64,000 nucleotides of DNA from contig NW_004457624.1 in the NCBI RefSeq assembly GCF_000203815.1, forward strand, positions 3,122,354-3,186,353. Direction: 5' to 3'. The translations under genes and the position numbers were made by a program. Origin of the DNA: Dictyostelium fasciculatum (lineage: Eukaryota). Shown in pieces: positions 48,223 to 60,975 of this stretch. Below the pieces are notes generated by a model, which was not told the DNA's origin, did not search any database, and saw nothing but the letters and a program-made list of their open reading frames with translations. Every line of letters begins with the position of its first letter. The first letter of the stretch is position 1.

Positions 48223-51200
48223 GTTAGATTCAGATTGTAAATTAAAGTACAGTTCAATGATTAGTCAATGATATTTCATCTATTTTATCCAGCATACTTT
48301 CTATATTTGGCACCAGGATTAAGTATGTTGATAATTAGATGAAATATCATTGACTAATCATTGAACTGTACTTTAATTTACAATCTGAATCTAACATTCT
48401 CCCTTCTTAAATTGTGACCGAGTCCCACGTACCACGCTTGTTGAGATGGTAGGAAAACCATGGTTGCAACACTTGGTCACTGCAACCTGGACTAAAAACC
48501 TTACCGGTGGATACAATGGCTAGGGATACTTGTTGAGTCTTTGATACGGCCCGGACGTGTTGTTGATTGACTAGATCGTTTGGCATCCATACTTCACAAT
48601 CGTTGATGTTAATGAGATATTCCGTTCTACTACGTCCATTTCCTTGATACTTGAATGTTCTCTTTGACTTGACGATAAACAGAGGTTTCAACCATGCTCT
48701 GCTTGTGATTACTCCAATACTATTGACTATATCTTTTGTTGGGGAATCATTGTTGTTTTGTTGTAATGATTGTATGATTCTAATTGAGTTCATTTCTTTC
48801 ATATTGAAATATTTAGTTGTAGTTGGGGAGGATAGTTGTTGTCTGTATTGATGTAATAATTCTTTAAAGTTGATTTTGGTATCGTCATAATTTATCTTTG
48901 AAATATTGTAATTGGTGATGACGATATCTTCTTTTTCTATAATTCGATTATTATCTTTATCCTGTAATTTACTCTTACCTTTACCTATACTCTCTTCTAC
49001 CTTTTTAAGAGTATCATTCAACACAACTCTTTGCTTGGTCCAGTCAGCCGTATTTGGGACGTCGTCATAGATGTCGCCTGGCGCCTGGCTCACTATTCCT
49101 TGGTCTCCACCGGTTACACCTTGTCCTTGCAATGTCGATTGAATCTTGTTTAAATCTTGATACAGAGTTCGATCGTCACCGACTCGTCCATCCAAATTGT
49201 CACGTGCACCTTGAGCTCCTTCCGTATGAACGGGATAACCTTGTACGTTCTCCGCACCTTCCGTATGAACGGGATAACCTTGTGCATTCTCAGCACCTTC
49301 CGTATGAACGGGATTTCCTTGTGCATTCTTAGCACCTTCCGTATGAACGGGATTGCTTGTAGCCAATAATGGTTTCAACGTTTTGATAAATCTAGGATTA
49401 ACCAATAAGTCCTTTGACGCCGAACCATCTGCTCCAGCCACATAATCTTTAACTTCGACATTTCCACGAGTGTCCACTCCATTTACCAACAAAGGACCAG
49501 AATAGATAGGTTCTGTCTTATTTATGTGTGTATCTCTGTCACGACGCACATAAACCAAATCACCCGATTTAATATTATTCTCTACCTTGTTGTGATCATA
49601 TTTTGCTTTGTTGATTGCGTTGCCTTCGTTAATTCTCTTTATAACTATGTCTCTTATTATCTCTTTCAATTTATGATTCTCTGTTATTTTGATGTCTGTG
49701 TTATCATTGAAGTTTGGTGTAAAAGTGTCTAGTAGATTAAGAGGAGATAAAGGATTTGATCCGAGATAAATAGTAAAAGGAGAATAAACAGTTGTTGAAT
49801 GTACTGTATTGTTGATAGCAAATTCGATATTATCAATGCACTCTGCCCATGATATTTTGTGATTCTCTGCACTACTTTGTAATAAATCTTTTCTAATGAT
49901 ATTTTCTATAGTTCTTATCATACGCTCTACTTGTCCATTACTCTGATGTTGTACATTGACTCTAATTTTTTAAATAATTTCGAGGTGAACTTCGAGTCAG
50001 AATCAGAGATGATCTGTTTTGGTAAACCATGCAGTTTGAATATCTCTCGATTGAATAGAGATATTACACCATGTGATTTAAGAGTAGTTGTGGTAGGTAT
50101 TAAACGATTCATTTTAGATAGCGCATCGACAACTACTAACAAAGCATTTACTGTTTTACCATGATATTTAGCATTAGGTAAACCAGTAATAACGTCTATA
50201 TGAACACGTTGAAAGCAATAATTAGGTGGTTGTAATGGTTGTAACAAACCGATACGTTTATCACGATGATCACTACCTCTTTTGCAAACGATACACTGAT
50301 TGCAATGGTCTAAAATCTCTTCACGCATACCCATCCAAAAGAACTTTGATTTGATGGCGTCCAATGTCTTCTTTGGGCTACTGTGACCAGCCCATACCGA
50401 GTCATGATATCTATACAATACTTGATTAATGATAGGTGCTATCCTTGGTACCACAATTTTACCAAGATGTCTGCGTAAACCAAATTGATCTACAATGTAA
50501 GTTGCACTACAAGGAGCAAGTGTCTTGTTACGGATTGCAATATTTTCTTCTTCATAACCATTAATCATTTCTTTCAATAAATTATCTTCTAGTGTTGGTG
50601 AAACAATTTGTGTAGTAAAGGTGTTGCGAGACAAACCGTCAGCGATGACATTGTCAGTACCTTTGATATGGAGTAACTTGGGTTGGAATCCACGGATGAC
50701 CTCCATCCAACGATTTAACCTTTGATTGATGCCGATCTTCATATTCTCGTTGATAAATGGTATATTTTTGTGATCCGTGAAAACTGTAATGTCACGACCA
50801 ACGAGATGGTAGTAATTTGTTTTCAAAATCCATGGTTCTTTCTTGTAATTCCTTATAGATGGTCTTGACATTGTAAAATGCATTTTTGTACGCCAGTACA
50901 AAACTTCGATTGTCATTATTTTCGTAAACACGACCAGCAATGATGGTGAAAGCATTTGTAAATGACGAGACCGTCCACTTGGTATCATAACGGAATTGTG
51001 TGAGAACACGGTTCATCACGGCAAGGTCAGTGGAATCGGATGCAAAGACGGTGAGGAACGCTTCTCTAAATGCATCCCAATGTTCGAATTCCAGATCTAC
51101 CGTATTCCTAAAGACAGATAGGAATCTAGCTGACATTTTCTCGACATACACTTGGATTTCCTATTAAATGTATAATAAATATATATTAATATTAATATAT

Positions 51201-51240
51201 ATGATGATAATTATAATATATTATATCATACCTCCTTTAA
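48223..51240 (-). mobile_element. Ty3/gypsy-type LTR retrotransposon fragment: gag/pol remnant, RNase H, integrase, and an aberrant 3' LTR hairpin. It is 5'-truncated (protease and RT are absent).
   Basis: ORF 49927..51009 carries the RNase H tail (…FTDHKNIPFINE…LNRWMEVIRGFQPKLLHIKGTDNVIADGLSR) and the integrase HHCC and DDE core (…YHDSVWAGHSSPKKTL…HCNQCIVCKRG…VHIDVITGLP…KTVNALLVVVDALSKM…ISDSDSKFTS). ORF 48407..49921 is the integrase C-terminus, with PVHTEGAENAQG-type repeats. ORF 50792..51151 is a gag/pol remnant. At 48223..48405 there is an LTR start followed by an inverted copy of itself: an imperfect palindrome of about 65-bp arms. Confidence 0.7.
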
Positions 51241-51244
51241 TTGA

Positions 51245-51553
51245 TCAACTAGCATAGACTGTAGATAAATTGATTCTTTCTATTTTTATAGAAAGGTCGG
51301 GAACAACCGGTTCTGCCAAAGTTGTTATCCAAAGATGAGAATAATCAGTGTCATTGGGACATTTGGTGACCAAATAATAGGCTCCAGGATAGGAGGGCAT
51401 AAGACCAATACATCTTAATGTGTAGTTTGTTGTGGCAACTGGTGTGCAGTCAATCTTTTCATCTGTATAATAATCTTTTACATATGGTATTATGATTCCC
51501 CCACCTAAACAATTTGTAGAGTATGAAACATACGCTGAACTAACTCCAATCAC
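51245..51553 (-). CDS. Hypothetical Cys-containing protein fragment or ORF (possible 5' part of a gene interrupted by the retroelement)
   Basis: ORF of 102 aa with no recognisable domain. It lies directly next to the truncated retroelement. Confidence 0.2.
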   Translation of the reverse strand: MIGVSSAYVSYSTNCLGGGIIIPYVKDYYTDEKIDCTPVATTNYTLRCIGLMPSYPGAYYLVTKCPNDTDYSHLWITTLAEPVVPDLSIKIERINLSTVYAS

Positions 51554-51813
51554 TACCTTGTCACTTTGGTTTTATCCATTGAAGACATTCATTCCTTTCC
51601 ATAAGGTTTCCATTTTTTGGTCCTTTTTTGACTCTAAATAGCCCCCTGCCTCCCTAATAATGTGAGTTTTACACTCCAAAGAGTGTTGAAATTGGTTTAT
51701 ACTGGCAAAAATTAGGGTCTCTGAAGAACACCGTTTCGACAAGTATTTTATTTGTTTTGGAAAAAAAATATTTATTTATTTATTTAAAAAGTATTCTATT
51801 GTATTTTTTATGA

Positions 51814-54264
51814 TCAATTAAGTTTTCTTGGAGGAATTGGAGGACGAGTTTGAGGATTTGCATTTGGGGTGTGGATGGGAGATGTAATGGTATTGTCATA
51901 TATTTGAACCGAAGTGGTAGCAGGTGGTTGGGATGGGACAGTGCTCGGTTGGAGAATAGAACCAACTGCATCAATACCCTCTTGTTTATCATTATTATTA
52001 TTATTATTATTATTAATATCTATTTTAATATTATTTTGATTAATTTCATTGAATGCATTGATACCCTCTTGTTTATAAGCATTGTACATTTTTTTGTTGA
52101 AAAATTGAATACCAGTAGACAAGTTGGGGAATTTACCAAATAGTGTTTCACATACCCAAGTGAATGGTCTAAAATCACAATCTCCACAACATTCACAACA
52201 ACAACCACGATACATTCCATCTTTTTGTTTTTCTTTTGGTGCTATTGGTTGGAGATGAATAATTTTAACTTTTCTTTGATTTTGTTGATGTGTTGCATTG
52301 ATGATCAAACGACGACGCATTTCACTATTATTATTATTATTTATATTAATCTCTGGTTGAGAAAATCGTAACAGTGCATCTTTTAGATCCGGAAATTCTG
52401 GACTAGTAAAAGTCCAACCATTCATTCTTCCAATCCTCAATACTTTTTTAAGATCCTTTAATCTACGACCACTATCTTCATAACCAGCAGCAGCCACAAT
52501 CGTATCAATATGTGGACAATGAAAGAGGATAGCAAGGATTCCAGTGTTTTCCAAATGACCACCATCCGATAGGTATGTACCAACCAATTCCTTTGAATAG
52601 ATGGGGATACTAAACAAATGTCTAATATCTTGAATTAAACGCGGTACGATTGGGAGATTACCAAAATATCGATCAAAGGCCAGTGACAATGCAATCATGA
52701 CAACTGGTGAGAGGAAAATAGTCCATCCATAATCTGTAGCAGAATCGACAATCAATCCAATACTGACTAGGACGCTTGCAACAAAGTTGACGCCTATGTA
52801 TGTCAATGCATTTTTGAGAGTCCTTTCTTGCTGTGGACCCATCCAAGATCCCAAACTTAGATTGGTAATCTTTAGCTGACTTTCAGCGCTGCCAAACTGA
52901 TTTTTGTTTGGTGCAATGGCAGCTCCAGAATTGGCCATCAAATAGGGCATCGATATTTGATATGGCATTGGATGTATATTGGCAATGGTAGGTTCATTCA
53001 TGTTGATGGTAGAGTACCCGACATTGGAATTTGGAGGGTTAGCACCATTTTGACCAAGGGAATCAGATCTAGGTCCAAAATCACCAACAGAAATAATAAA
53101 ATGTGACGACAATTTGGATGATTGGACCCAGGCATTGGAGGATAAATTAGAGATATATCTATTCCTGTTTTTTAGAGAACTGACAAGTGGTGATACATTG
53201 GCGCCATAGAATGATTTGGTGATGGACACTCGATAGTACTTTGATAGGGCTCGATCATATACCAACGTGAGAAATGGATAAAGTACAATGAGACCGATAC
53301 TGATATAATAGAATATCAACCAGACGTCATGGTTGTAGGTTAATCGGTCATAAAGCAGAAAATTGTTGGGCGCATTTCCTTTTAATTTCCAACTGGTAAT
53401 AATTCCAACAAGAGAGATGACCCAAACCAGTCCAGCAAGTCGACTGAGTACCCCAGACTTTATGACTCCAAACAATTGGACGAGTTTTGAAACGATACTA
53501 AATCCCAATGCAAACGATTCGTCCACAACAATTGATAGTTTTTTAAATGCATCGGCCGACATGACAGATAGTGTGAGAAAACATTGAATAAACAATATTA
53601 TAAACAGTATCTTTAATGCATTTTTGATCCATAAAACGGAGGCATTTCTTTTAGAGTGGGGCTTTAATAAGAGAAGGATCTTTGAAGCTACCCAGAGGAT
53701 GGTGGCTGCTGCTCCAGAGATGATAATCGATATAAATGCCCAAAAAATTGGAATACTTTCAATAAAAAAAGTTAGACACTCTGTTGCAATGATGACAAAT
53801 GGAAACAGCTTCAAGATTGACGTGACCAAGGCAAATAATAGCAATGGTAAAAGCTTGACGAAAATGTCCAACAACCACCAACCACCTTCAAAATTGATGA
53901 GGTAACCAATATTGTTTTTAGAGGAACGTAGCTGATCATCCAACTTGGAGTAAGCACGCCATCTACCTAGGGGATCACTTTCTTGTGACATTATATAACA
54001 AAAACCACTACCAATATAGCCTCCACCAGATACACAAGAAAATACAAATCTTTTCTCTTTATAAATATTTAATAGACATAGACATTTTAAAACACCACTA
54101 CAAAATGATGCACTCCTAATTCCACCACCAGAAAATGCAATTCCAACTTCTTCTTTATCTGTCGAAAATATATTATTATCTATAATATTAAATATTTAAA
54201 ATAAATGTGTCAATAGATTTAGAAATATCATAAAACTATAATATTATTTTTTAATCTTACCCAT
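51814..54264 (-). CDS. Patatin/cPLA2-like phospholipase with a polytopic membrane region and a C-terminal Cys-cluster. Two exons: 54264..54261 (ATGG) and 54179..51814, about 788 aa.
   Basis: Micro-exon ATGG|GTAAGA; the acceptor TATTATAG|AT restores the frame. MDNNIFSTDKEEVGIAFSGGGIRSASF…(oxyanion GGGxR)…FSCVSGGGYIGSG (GxSxG nucleophile)…TYLSDGGHLENTGILAIL (catalytic DGG). There are many hydrophobic segments between the motifs. The C-terminal motif is GCCCECCGDCDF. Confidence 0.6.
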
Positions 54265-54832
54265 TTAAAAAAATATTAATCTAGGTTTTGATTAAAATTG
54301 TTACATTTAAAATACAATGATCAAAACAGAGAGAGGTCTCAGTATACCATTTCCATTCAATGCAATGAATGAGATTGATTGAGTACTGTATGTGATTGAT
54401 TGCCGCGGGGACCTAATTTTTTAATTCCTTTTACACCCACATTGTGGGTTAAACCTCAATCGCTATATTCTTCATATGAGGTGAGCTACAGGTGATTACC
54501 CAAACTCCATTACTACTATAGTGAGAGAGATCCATATACCAATGATTAAATCTATCCCACTGCTGTGATTTCTTTACAAGTGTGTGGTATATCATCAATT
54601 TGTTTGCTCTATGCGTAGGGTTATATTGAGTAATAGATAGATTGATTGATCAGCTGATTGTTGTTAGACTTTTATCATATGATGAGTGAGTGATGGAGTG
54701 ATGTTATTCCCAATGTGCACATTTTGTTGTTTTTGAATTGTTGTGCACTCTCTCAACGATCGACATCATAATCTTTTGCATTCATTCAGCGACAACCTTT
54801 GATCATATAAAAAATTCATTTTATTAATATTA

Positions 54833-55423
54833 TTAATTATTAATTATTATTATATTATTTTGATTAATTTCATTGAAAGCATTGATACCCTCTTGTTTAT
54901 AAGCATTGTACATTTTTTTGTTGAAAAATTGAATACCAGTAGACAAGTTGGGGAATTTACCAAATAGTTTTTCACATACCCAAGTGAATGGCTTAAAATC
55001 ACAATCTCCACAACATTCACAACAACATCCACTATACATTCCATCATCTTGTTTTTCTTTTGGTTCTATTGGTTGGAGATGAATAATTTTGACGGTTCTT
55101 TCATTTTGTTGATGTGTTGCATTGATGATCAAATGACGACGCATTTGATTATTATTATTATTAATCCCTGGTTGAGAAAATTTGTCTAGTACAAATTTTA
55201 GATCGTTTGAATCTGGACTAGTAAAAGTCCAACCATTCATTCGTCCTATCTTTAATACTTTTTTAAGATCCTTTAATTTTCTACCACCATGATAATAAAT
55301 GGAAATAATTTTAATATTGACGTGACCAAGGCAAATAATATTAATATTAAAAGTTTGAATAAATCCAATATCATATACCAAAGGCAAAGGTCGATGAGGT
55401 GAGAATACCAAAAAGCTTAACAT
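54833..55423 (-). pseudogene. Rearranged partial duplicate of the phospholipase gene (copy of 52020..52480 fused to a copy of about 53790..53870)
   Basis: …GRKLKDLKKVLKIGRMNGWTFTSPDSNDLK…RRHLIINATHQQNERTVKIIHLQPIEPKEKQDDGMYSGCCCECCGDCDFKPFTWVCEKLFGKFPNLSTGIQFFNKKMYNAYKQEGINAFNEINQNNI is nearly identical to the C-terminus of 51814..53991. The upstream 60 bp (ttgacgtgaccaaggcaaataata) matches 53815..53850. Confidence 0.6.
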
Positions 55424-55679
55424 TTAATTAAAAAAGAATATTTAGAATTATTATTATTATTTTACTATTATTATTTTGATCGATAGCAATACATACAAAT
55501 AAAGAGAGTAATAACAAACAATAAAAGATTTGATTATTAAAAGTGTGATGATCATCTATCTCTTCAAGATAGAATGATTGTCATCAAGTTATTAATTAAT
55601 TAATCTTAATGATCGTGAATATATATATGCTGTATTTGAGAGATATCAGGTTCATTGTATACAATATTGACAGATACTC

Positions 55680-55684
55680 TTATG

Positions 55685-55718
<34 letters not shown>
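55680..55718. repeat. (AT)n microsatellite
   Basis: atatatatatatatatatatatatatat, seen directly. Confidence 0.9.
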
Positions 55719-55720
<2 letters not shown>

Positions 55721-55965
55721 CTCTTAACTATCTGTTTATCTATAGAGGTGAGATACACACAAAACTGTTACTAACAATGAATAAAAAATAATTCAAAAAT
55801 AAATAAGAAAGATATCTTCTTCTTCTTTGCTCGCTGAGTTTATTTTATTATTATTAAACTTTTTTTTCTTTTAGCTAAAACCATCATCACATCATCATCA
55901 ATCATGAATACTATACTATACGATAATATTATCAATTTTAAGTTTTAATCATTACTCTTTATATT

Positions 55966-58500
55966 ATGAATAATCAAACATTTAAATTTGTAATATTTAA
56001 TAGATATCTATTTAATATCATTGTTGATTATGTTTATTATATAAATCGTTTACAAGTAGCTCAAAAGACACAAGATGATACACTACTATTTGCAAAAGAG
56101 AATAGAATGAAGTTGGTCTATGCAGACAAGGATCAGAGAAAGATTGACCTATTCTATAAACTCAAACATGAGGGCAATCCATTCACACGTGATTGTTACA
56201 TGGTGACAGTCATCCCAGTCAACAAGTATCACAAGAGTCGTAGTTGTTTTGGTATGTCTAGATGTAACCAATACACTCTCCAACACCCATCGTTGGGCAC
56301 TCGTACCTATAAATCGGCACTATCTGTAAAGTGGTTACTCAAACATCGTCACGTCGGTCTGCTCCAAGAGAAACTACATAAAGGGATGTACCTCGACTTT
56401 ACCAAACCAATGTGGGTCAAATATGCTACAGCTGATCGTCTCGGATCATGGTCGGATGAAACCGTCGTTCAATTAATCAAAAGATCGGAAGAGTTTTATA
56501 GACAACAAGACCAATTACCAAATATCAAGAATGTCATTATACTTGGTATCATCTTTAATGATTCAAGGTTACTCAATCCATTATTGGTACATTACAAGAG
56601 TTCACAATTGTGGGTTGTCGTAACAAACAATCCTCAAAATATATTGGGTGCATTGGCATCAACCGGTCAATTGGAACTACTCAAAACGACAATACATGAA
56701 TGTAATACAAGAGGTAAGCCATCTGGAAATGGCAAGCCATTTACATTGTCCATGTTGACACAAGCTCCCGCTGCTACCGAAATTGCTCGACTGGGATATT
56801 TGGCACTAAAGAATGGTCAGACCGAAGTATTTAGATATTTGTACGATACCTTTAACCAAGAATTCACCACTGAAAAGGGTATCTCTATTCTAAGTAAACA
56901 AGGAGAAGACTTGGTATCTGCTCTCTTTCTTTGTAAAGACATTGTATTGATGAAAAGAGTTTTAAAAGATTTGAAAAAATCAATTAATCGTTTTCAACAA
57001 TTATCCTCTCAATCTTGGTCAATGTATATTCATGCTGTACTTGATAAAATTCTCTTTGTAGAGGAACCAAATTCAAAGTCATTGGATATTCCAACAATCA
57101 ATCAAACCAATCAACTTGAAATAATTAAAATCATTCTTGAAGTTTATCAAAACAAGATTGAATCAACTACAATAGAATCTGTTCAATCAAAATTAAAAAA
57201 GTTTATATCAGAAGATTGGAAAGGAGAGTATAAAGGAATGGTTTATAATTTCTCTCAACTGTCAGTTTGTTTGGCAATATTACAAGTACTATTGGAGGAA
57301 ATGGAAAAAGATTATAAAATTTATTATTCACATGTAAAGGCAATGGGTCGTATACTTTCATTAACCAATATGGGTGGTGAAGGTCTATGTCAATACCTTT
57401 TGACAGTATTCCCAAGTCGTATGTTGTTGGAAAGTTCTGCATGGTCACCATTCCCATCAAATGTCGTCTGTTTTCATCAACAATTGGTCGACGAGGGTGT
57501 AGCTCCAACCCCATTATCAGACTCTGCTCCAGTGACACTAGAAACCTACAATACTCTTCAATCATTAGGATATATTGATCCATTATCATTATTTTCAATT
57601 CTAAAACGTCCCATTAAATCATTAGATTTTGAACTTGTCAAACAAATCATCAACGATATCCTACTCTATCAAGTCACTGAAAGACCACAATATTTGGTAG
57701 TTTTGGCACTTGAAACTTGTAACATTGAAATGGTTAAATGTATACTACACCCATTATACCAACAACAACAATTACCAATCACATTAACACCAACACATAA
57801 TAGTAGAATTCTAGATAACCCAACAGTCACCCATTTCATTGTATGCAACTTTAAATCACTTTCAAATTGCTTTGAATGGGAGCACCCAGAAAGATTTATA
57901 CATTTTGCAATGTATTTTACAAAAATCGATGTTTTAAAACACTATCTAGTCGATTCCCAAACAACAGAACAACAAACCAACGCCTATAGAACAAAATATA
58001 AAAACGTATCAAATTATAGATTTCTTTTGGATTATTGTTTCAACTTTTATTCAACCAAATTGATCAATTTCAACAATGATGAAGATCAACATTTATTATA
58101 TCAGCAACAACAAGATATAATTCATTATGTTTGTCAATTTATTGGTACATCTCATTTGGGTGCAGCTGCATCAAGTAGATTAGGATCGGTACTTGGTTCA
58201 ATTGGTAGTACAACTTTGGTTGATACTATTCAGTCATATGCTAGTGCGTTGCCTCTAGTGCCATCACTGAATAAAAATATTTTAATCAAGGCATTTACCA
58301 ATGGAAGATTAGATCTAATCAAACATATGGATTTCAAGTATCATCTATCAAAAATCTTCTCTGTCGAAAATATGCAATTGGCCATTGCAAATAATCATCA
58401 ACATATTGTAGATTATTATTTAAAGTATAGAAATAGTAATAACAAAATTGTAAATGATAAATTACAAAATAATAGAAAAAATTATGAAATCAAATTTTAA
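55966..58500 (+). CDS. Large hypothetical protein (844 aa) with a C-terminal ankyrin-like helical repeat region
   Basis: Long single ORF with coding-type composition. The C-terminus has ANK-like pairs (…ILIKAFTNGRLDLIKHMDFKYH…LAIANNHQHIVDYYLKY…). No other domain was recognised. Confidence 0.45.
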   Translation: MNNQTFKFVIFNRYLFNIIVDYVYYINRLQVAQKTQDDTLLFAKENRMKLVYADKDQRKIDLFYKLKHEGNPFTRDCYMVTVIPVNKYHKSRSCFGMSRCNQYTLQHPSLGTRTYKSALSVKWLLKHRHVGLLQEKLHKGMYLDFTKPMWVKYATADRLGSWSDETVVQLIKRSEEFYRQQDQLPNIKNVIILGIIFNDSRLLNPLLVHYKSSQLWVVVTNNPQNILGALASTGQLELLKTTIHECNTRGKPSGNGKPFTLSMLTQAPAATEIARLGYLALKNGQTEVFRYLYDTFNQEFTTEKGISILSKQGEDLVSALFLCKDIVLMKRVLKDLKKSINRFQQLSSQSWSMYIHAVLDKILFVEEPNSKSLDIPTINQTNQLEIIKIILEVYQNKIESTTIESVQSKLKKFISEDWKGEYKGMVYNFSQLSVCLAILQVLLEEMEKDYKIYYSHVKAMGRILSLTNMGGEGLCQYLLTVFPSRMLLESSAWSPFPSNVVCFHQQLVDEGVAPTPLSDSAPVTLETYNTLQSLGYIDPLSLFSILKRPIKSLDFELVKQIINDILLYQVTERPQYLVVLALETCNIEMVKCILHPLYQQQQLPITLTPTHNSRILDNPTVTHFIVCNFKSLSNCFEWEHPERFIHFAMYFTKIDVLKHYLVDSQTTEQQTNAYRTKYKNVSNYRFLLDYCFNFYSTKLINFNNDEDQHLLYQQQQDIIHYVCQFIGTSHLGAAASSRLGSVLGSIGSTTLVDTIQSYASALPLVPSLNKNILIKAFTNGRLDLIKHMDFKYHLSKIFSVENMQLAIANNHQHIVDYYLKYRNSNNKIVNDKLQNNRKNYEIKF

Positions 58501-59298
58501 TAAATTAATTAAATTAATTAAATTAAATAATTAATATAAGTAATTATGACGTTCGGTTTCATTTTTTTCTATTTTCTATACTTGTTTCAATGAAAAAATA
58601 TGAACTACTTTTGTTCTACTCTTTAATAGTCAAGATGGTAGAGGAAACCTCTTCGGCAAACTCTTTATCATTTTCGTGAGTCTAGCAAACAAAAACTAGT
58701 ATGATTTGGTGATTTCGTGATTTGGTGTCAATTATTTCATAATTTTTGTAGCACTGGGCATGACGTGCAAATAGTCTCGGTTAGGGTAACACAAAATCAT
58801 CAAATTATTTGATTAAACTACTCTTGTTTTGATCTGACATGATATGATTAAACTCGACTGTCCCTGAACCACGCGATCTCATCATTTGCCATTTCCCCAT
58901 TTAGCTCTATGAATCTAGATATTTTCGGTAGCCAAAAAAAACTCTATAAACAACATTACACCTCATCATACGGCGTATGGGTTGGGCTAAACCCACTCAA
59001 TTCATCAAAGATATTATAAGAAAAGACGCGCAAAACCAAGGGCTTTCATTGCCGTCAAATCCAGATTTTTTCAAGATATCTTAAAGTGTTTTTTTGAATG
59101 AAACCGAGAGAACGAATTAATATTAATTTAAATCATATTAAATAGAATAGAAAGCTATTTAAACATACAAACTCAGTCTAACAAAAAAATGATCATTCAT
59201 TAATATTAATAATAATAACCTATATTAATAAATATTCAATACATATAAATATATAAATACACACTTTACAATGATGAAAATAATATTATCAATAATAA

Positions 59299-60975
59299 AT
59301 TGGAATAATTTGTTTAATTAATCCATCAATTTCACAACAACCACCAGTATCAGTACAATTTGAAGTTAGATCATGTTCAAGTGGATGTGATTGGTTTAAT
59401 CCATCAAATTGGGTTGGTGGCTCAGTCCCAGACTCGACACAAAACGCCGTAATTGATTTCTCTACTAGTCTATTCGATGCTGCCATCATCACTGCCGCTC
59501 AACCAATCAATGTCGCTCAATTGACCATTATCAACGACAACGTTAGACAACTCTTTATCGAGTTGCAAGCCGCTGGAAAGGTTGGTGGATCAATGTCCAT
59601 TACTGGTAATTCCACCGTTAATATTGCCGATAGTCTTGCCTATATTGTAGATGGTGATTTGTATATTGGTGATTATTCAACTCTTGCTCTCCAAACCGAC
59701 GCTGTCATTGTCGTCTCTAATACTACCACTACCACTCCACTCGCCGCTATTGTCCTCGGTCCAGGGTCACTTATTACTATTGATGGTGTTGCCACCCTTG
59801 CCGGTAGTTTCAGTGCCGATCCATCATCTGGTGTTGAACTCAACGAATACGCCGTCGTCTCTGGTATCATCATGGGAGGTGCTTTCAACTCTGCCAAGAA
59901 TGTTACTTTTATCGGACCAAACAGTGTCGTTGTCGCATCGATAATCTCCAACGGAAACATCACTCTTGTCAGTGGTGCCAACGTTGCCGTCGACAGTATC
60001 CTCGCTACCGGCACCTATTACCTCTCTGCTGGAACCAGTCTTGAAATCTTTGGTACCGACACTTCGTCGACCGTCATTCAAACTTTGGTTGGTGAAGTTG
60101 GTTCAACCTTGTCCGTCTCTGGTGGTGACTCTACCAGCATTAGAAATGTCCTCTTTGACGGTACCATCACCATCAACGATGCCCAATCCGTCTTTGGTGT
60201 TGGTCGCATTAACCAACTCAGTCTCCAATCATCCTCTGCTCAAACTCTTTACGTCTCCCTCCAAAACATCACCGTCGCCACTGTCAACAGTGTCGCCTCT
60301 GTCTCTATCAACTTGGTCTGCAGTGTATACTGTGAAATCAACTCTATTCCAGGTGCCGCTCAATTGTTTGTCATTGCCGGTGCCTCTGCCACTCTCAACT
60401 TTACCAACTCTCATATCAACCTCTACCCAACCTCCAGAGTCATGGGTTCACCAAACTCTCTCATCATCTTGAACAATACCATCATGTCTGCTCCAACCGT
60501 CGCCACTGACAACTCTCAAGTCCTTATCATCTCTTCCAACATTACATCGTCGATTGTCGGTTCTGAAGATTCACAAATCATCTTTTTAGGTGCTTCGACC
60601 GTCAACTATGTCGAACTCTACAACAGTCAAATGAACGTCACCAACGGTCCATTGATCATCCAAAATGAATTGTCTGCATGGCAAGGATCCACCTTGAATC
60701 TTGTCCTCGACACTCTCTCTGAGCGTTCCGAACAAGTCCCAGTCTCTGTCACCAACCAAATCATCTTTGACTCTTCCAACATTGTCGTTTCAAGTTCATC
60801 CAAGGCTTTGCAACCAGGTTTGGTCTACTTTACCCTCTCTTCATCCGTCACTCTTTCAGTACCATTTGACAATTGTACCTTTGTTCCAACTCAACAAAAC
60901 CAAGATACTACTTTTATCGATACCTATACCAATGGTCTTTACTATTTAACTTTTTCATTCCATCAACAAGAATAA
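59299..60975 (+). CDS. Secreted or cell-surface Ser/Thr/Asn/Val-rich repeat protein (predicted parallel beta-helix-like). The N-terminal start is unresolved.
   Basis: ORF 59521..60975 extends in frame upstream to 59299 (…IICLINPSISQQPPVSVQFEVRSCSSGCDWFNPSNW…). The ATG at 59271 (MMKIILSIINW…) is in the +1 frame relative to it. The body is full of short (I/V)-x-(S/T/N/G) beta-strand repeats and N-x-S/T sites. Confidence 0.45.
   Translation: MGIICLINPSISQQPPVSVQFEVRSCSSGCDWFNPSNWVGGSVPDSTQNAVIDFSTSLFDAAIITAAQPINVAQLTIINDNVRQLFIELQAAGKVGGSMSITGNSTVNIADSLAYIVDGDLYIGDYSTLALQTDAVIVVSNTTTTTPLAAIVLGPGSLITIDGVATLAGSFSADPSSGVELNEYAVVSGIIMGGAFNSAKNVTFIGPNSVVVASIISNGNITLVSGANVAVDSILATGTYYLSAGTSLEIFGTDTSSTVIQTLVGEVGSTLSVSGGDSTSIRNVLFDGTITINDAQSVFGVGRINQLSLQSSSAQTLYVSLQNITVATVNSVASVSINLVCSVYCEINSIPGAAQLFVIAGASATLNFTNSHINLYPTSRVMGSPNSLIILNNTIMSAPTVATDNSQVLIISSNITSSIVGSEDSQIIFLGASTVNYVELYNSQMNVTNGPLIIQNELSAWQGSTLNLVLDTLSERSEQVPVSVTNQIIFDSSNIVVSSSSKALQPGLVYFTLSSSVTLSVPFDNCTFVPTQQNQDTTFIDTYTNGLYYLTFSFHQQE

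Noticed and set aside
59271-59320. ATG at 59271 (MMKIILSIINWNNLFN*) as the start of the 59521 gene
   Set aside because: It is in a different frame from the upstream extension of the long ORF. No plausible intron of dictyostelid length connects them, so the true start is left unresolved.
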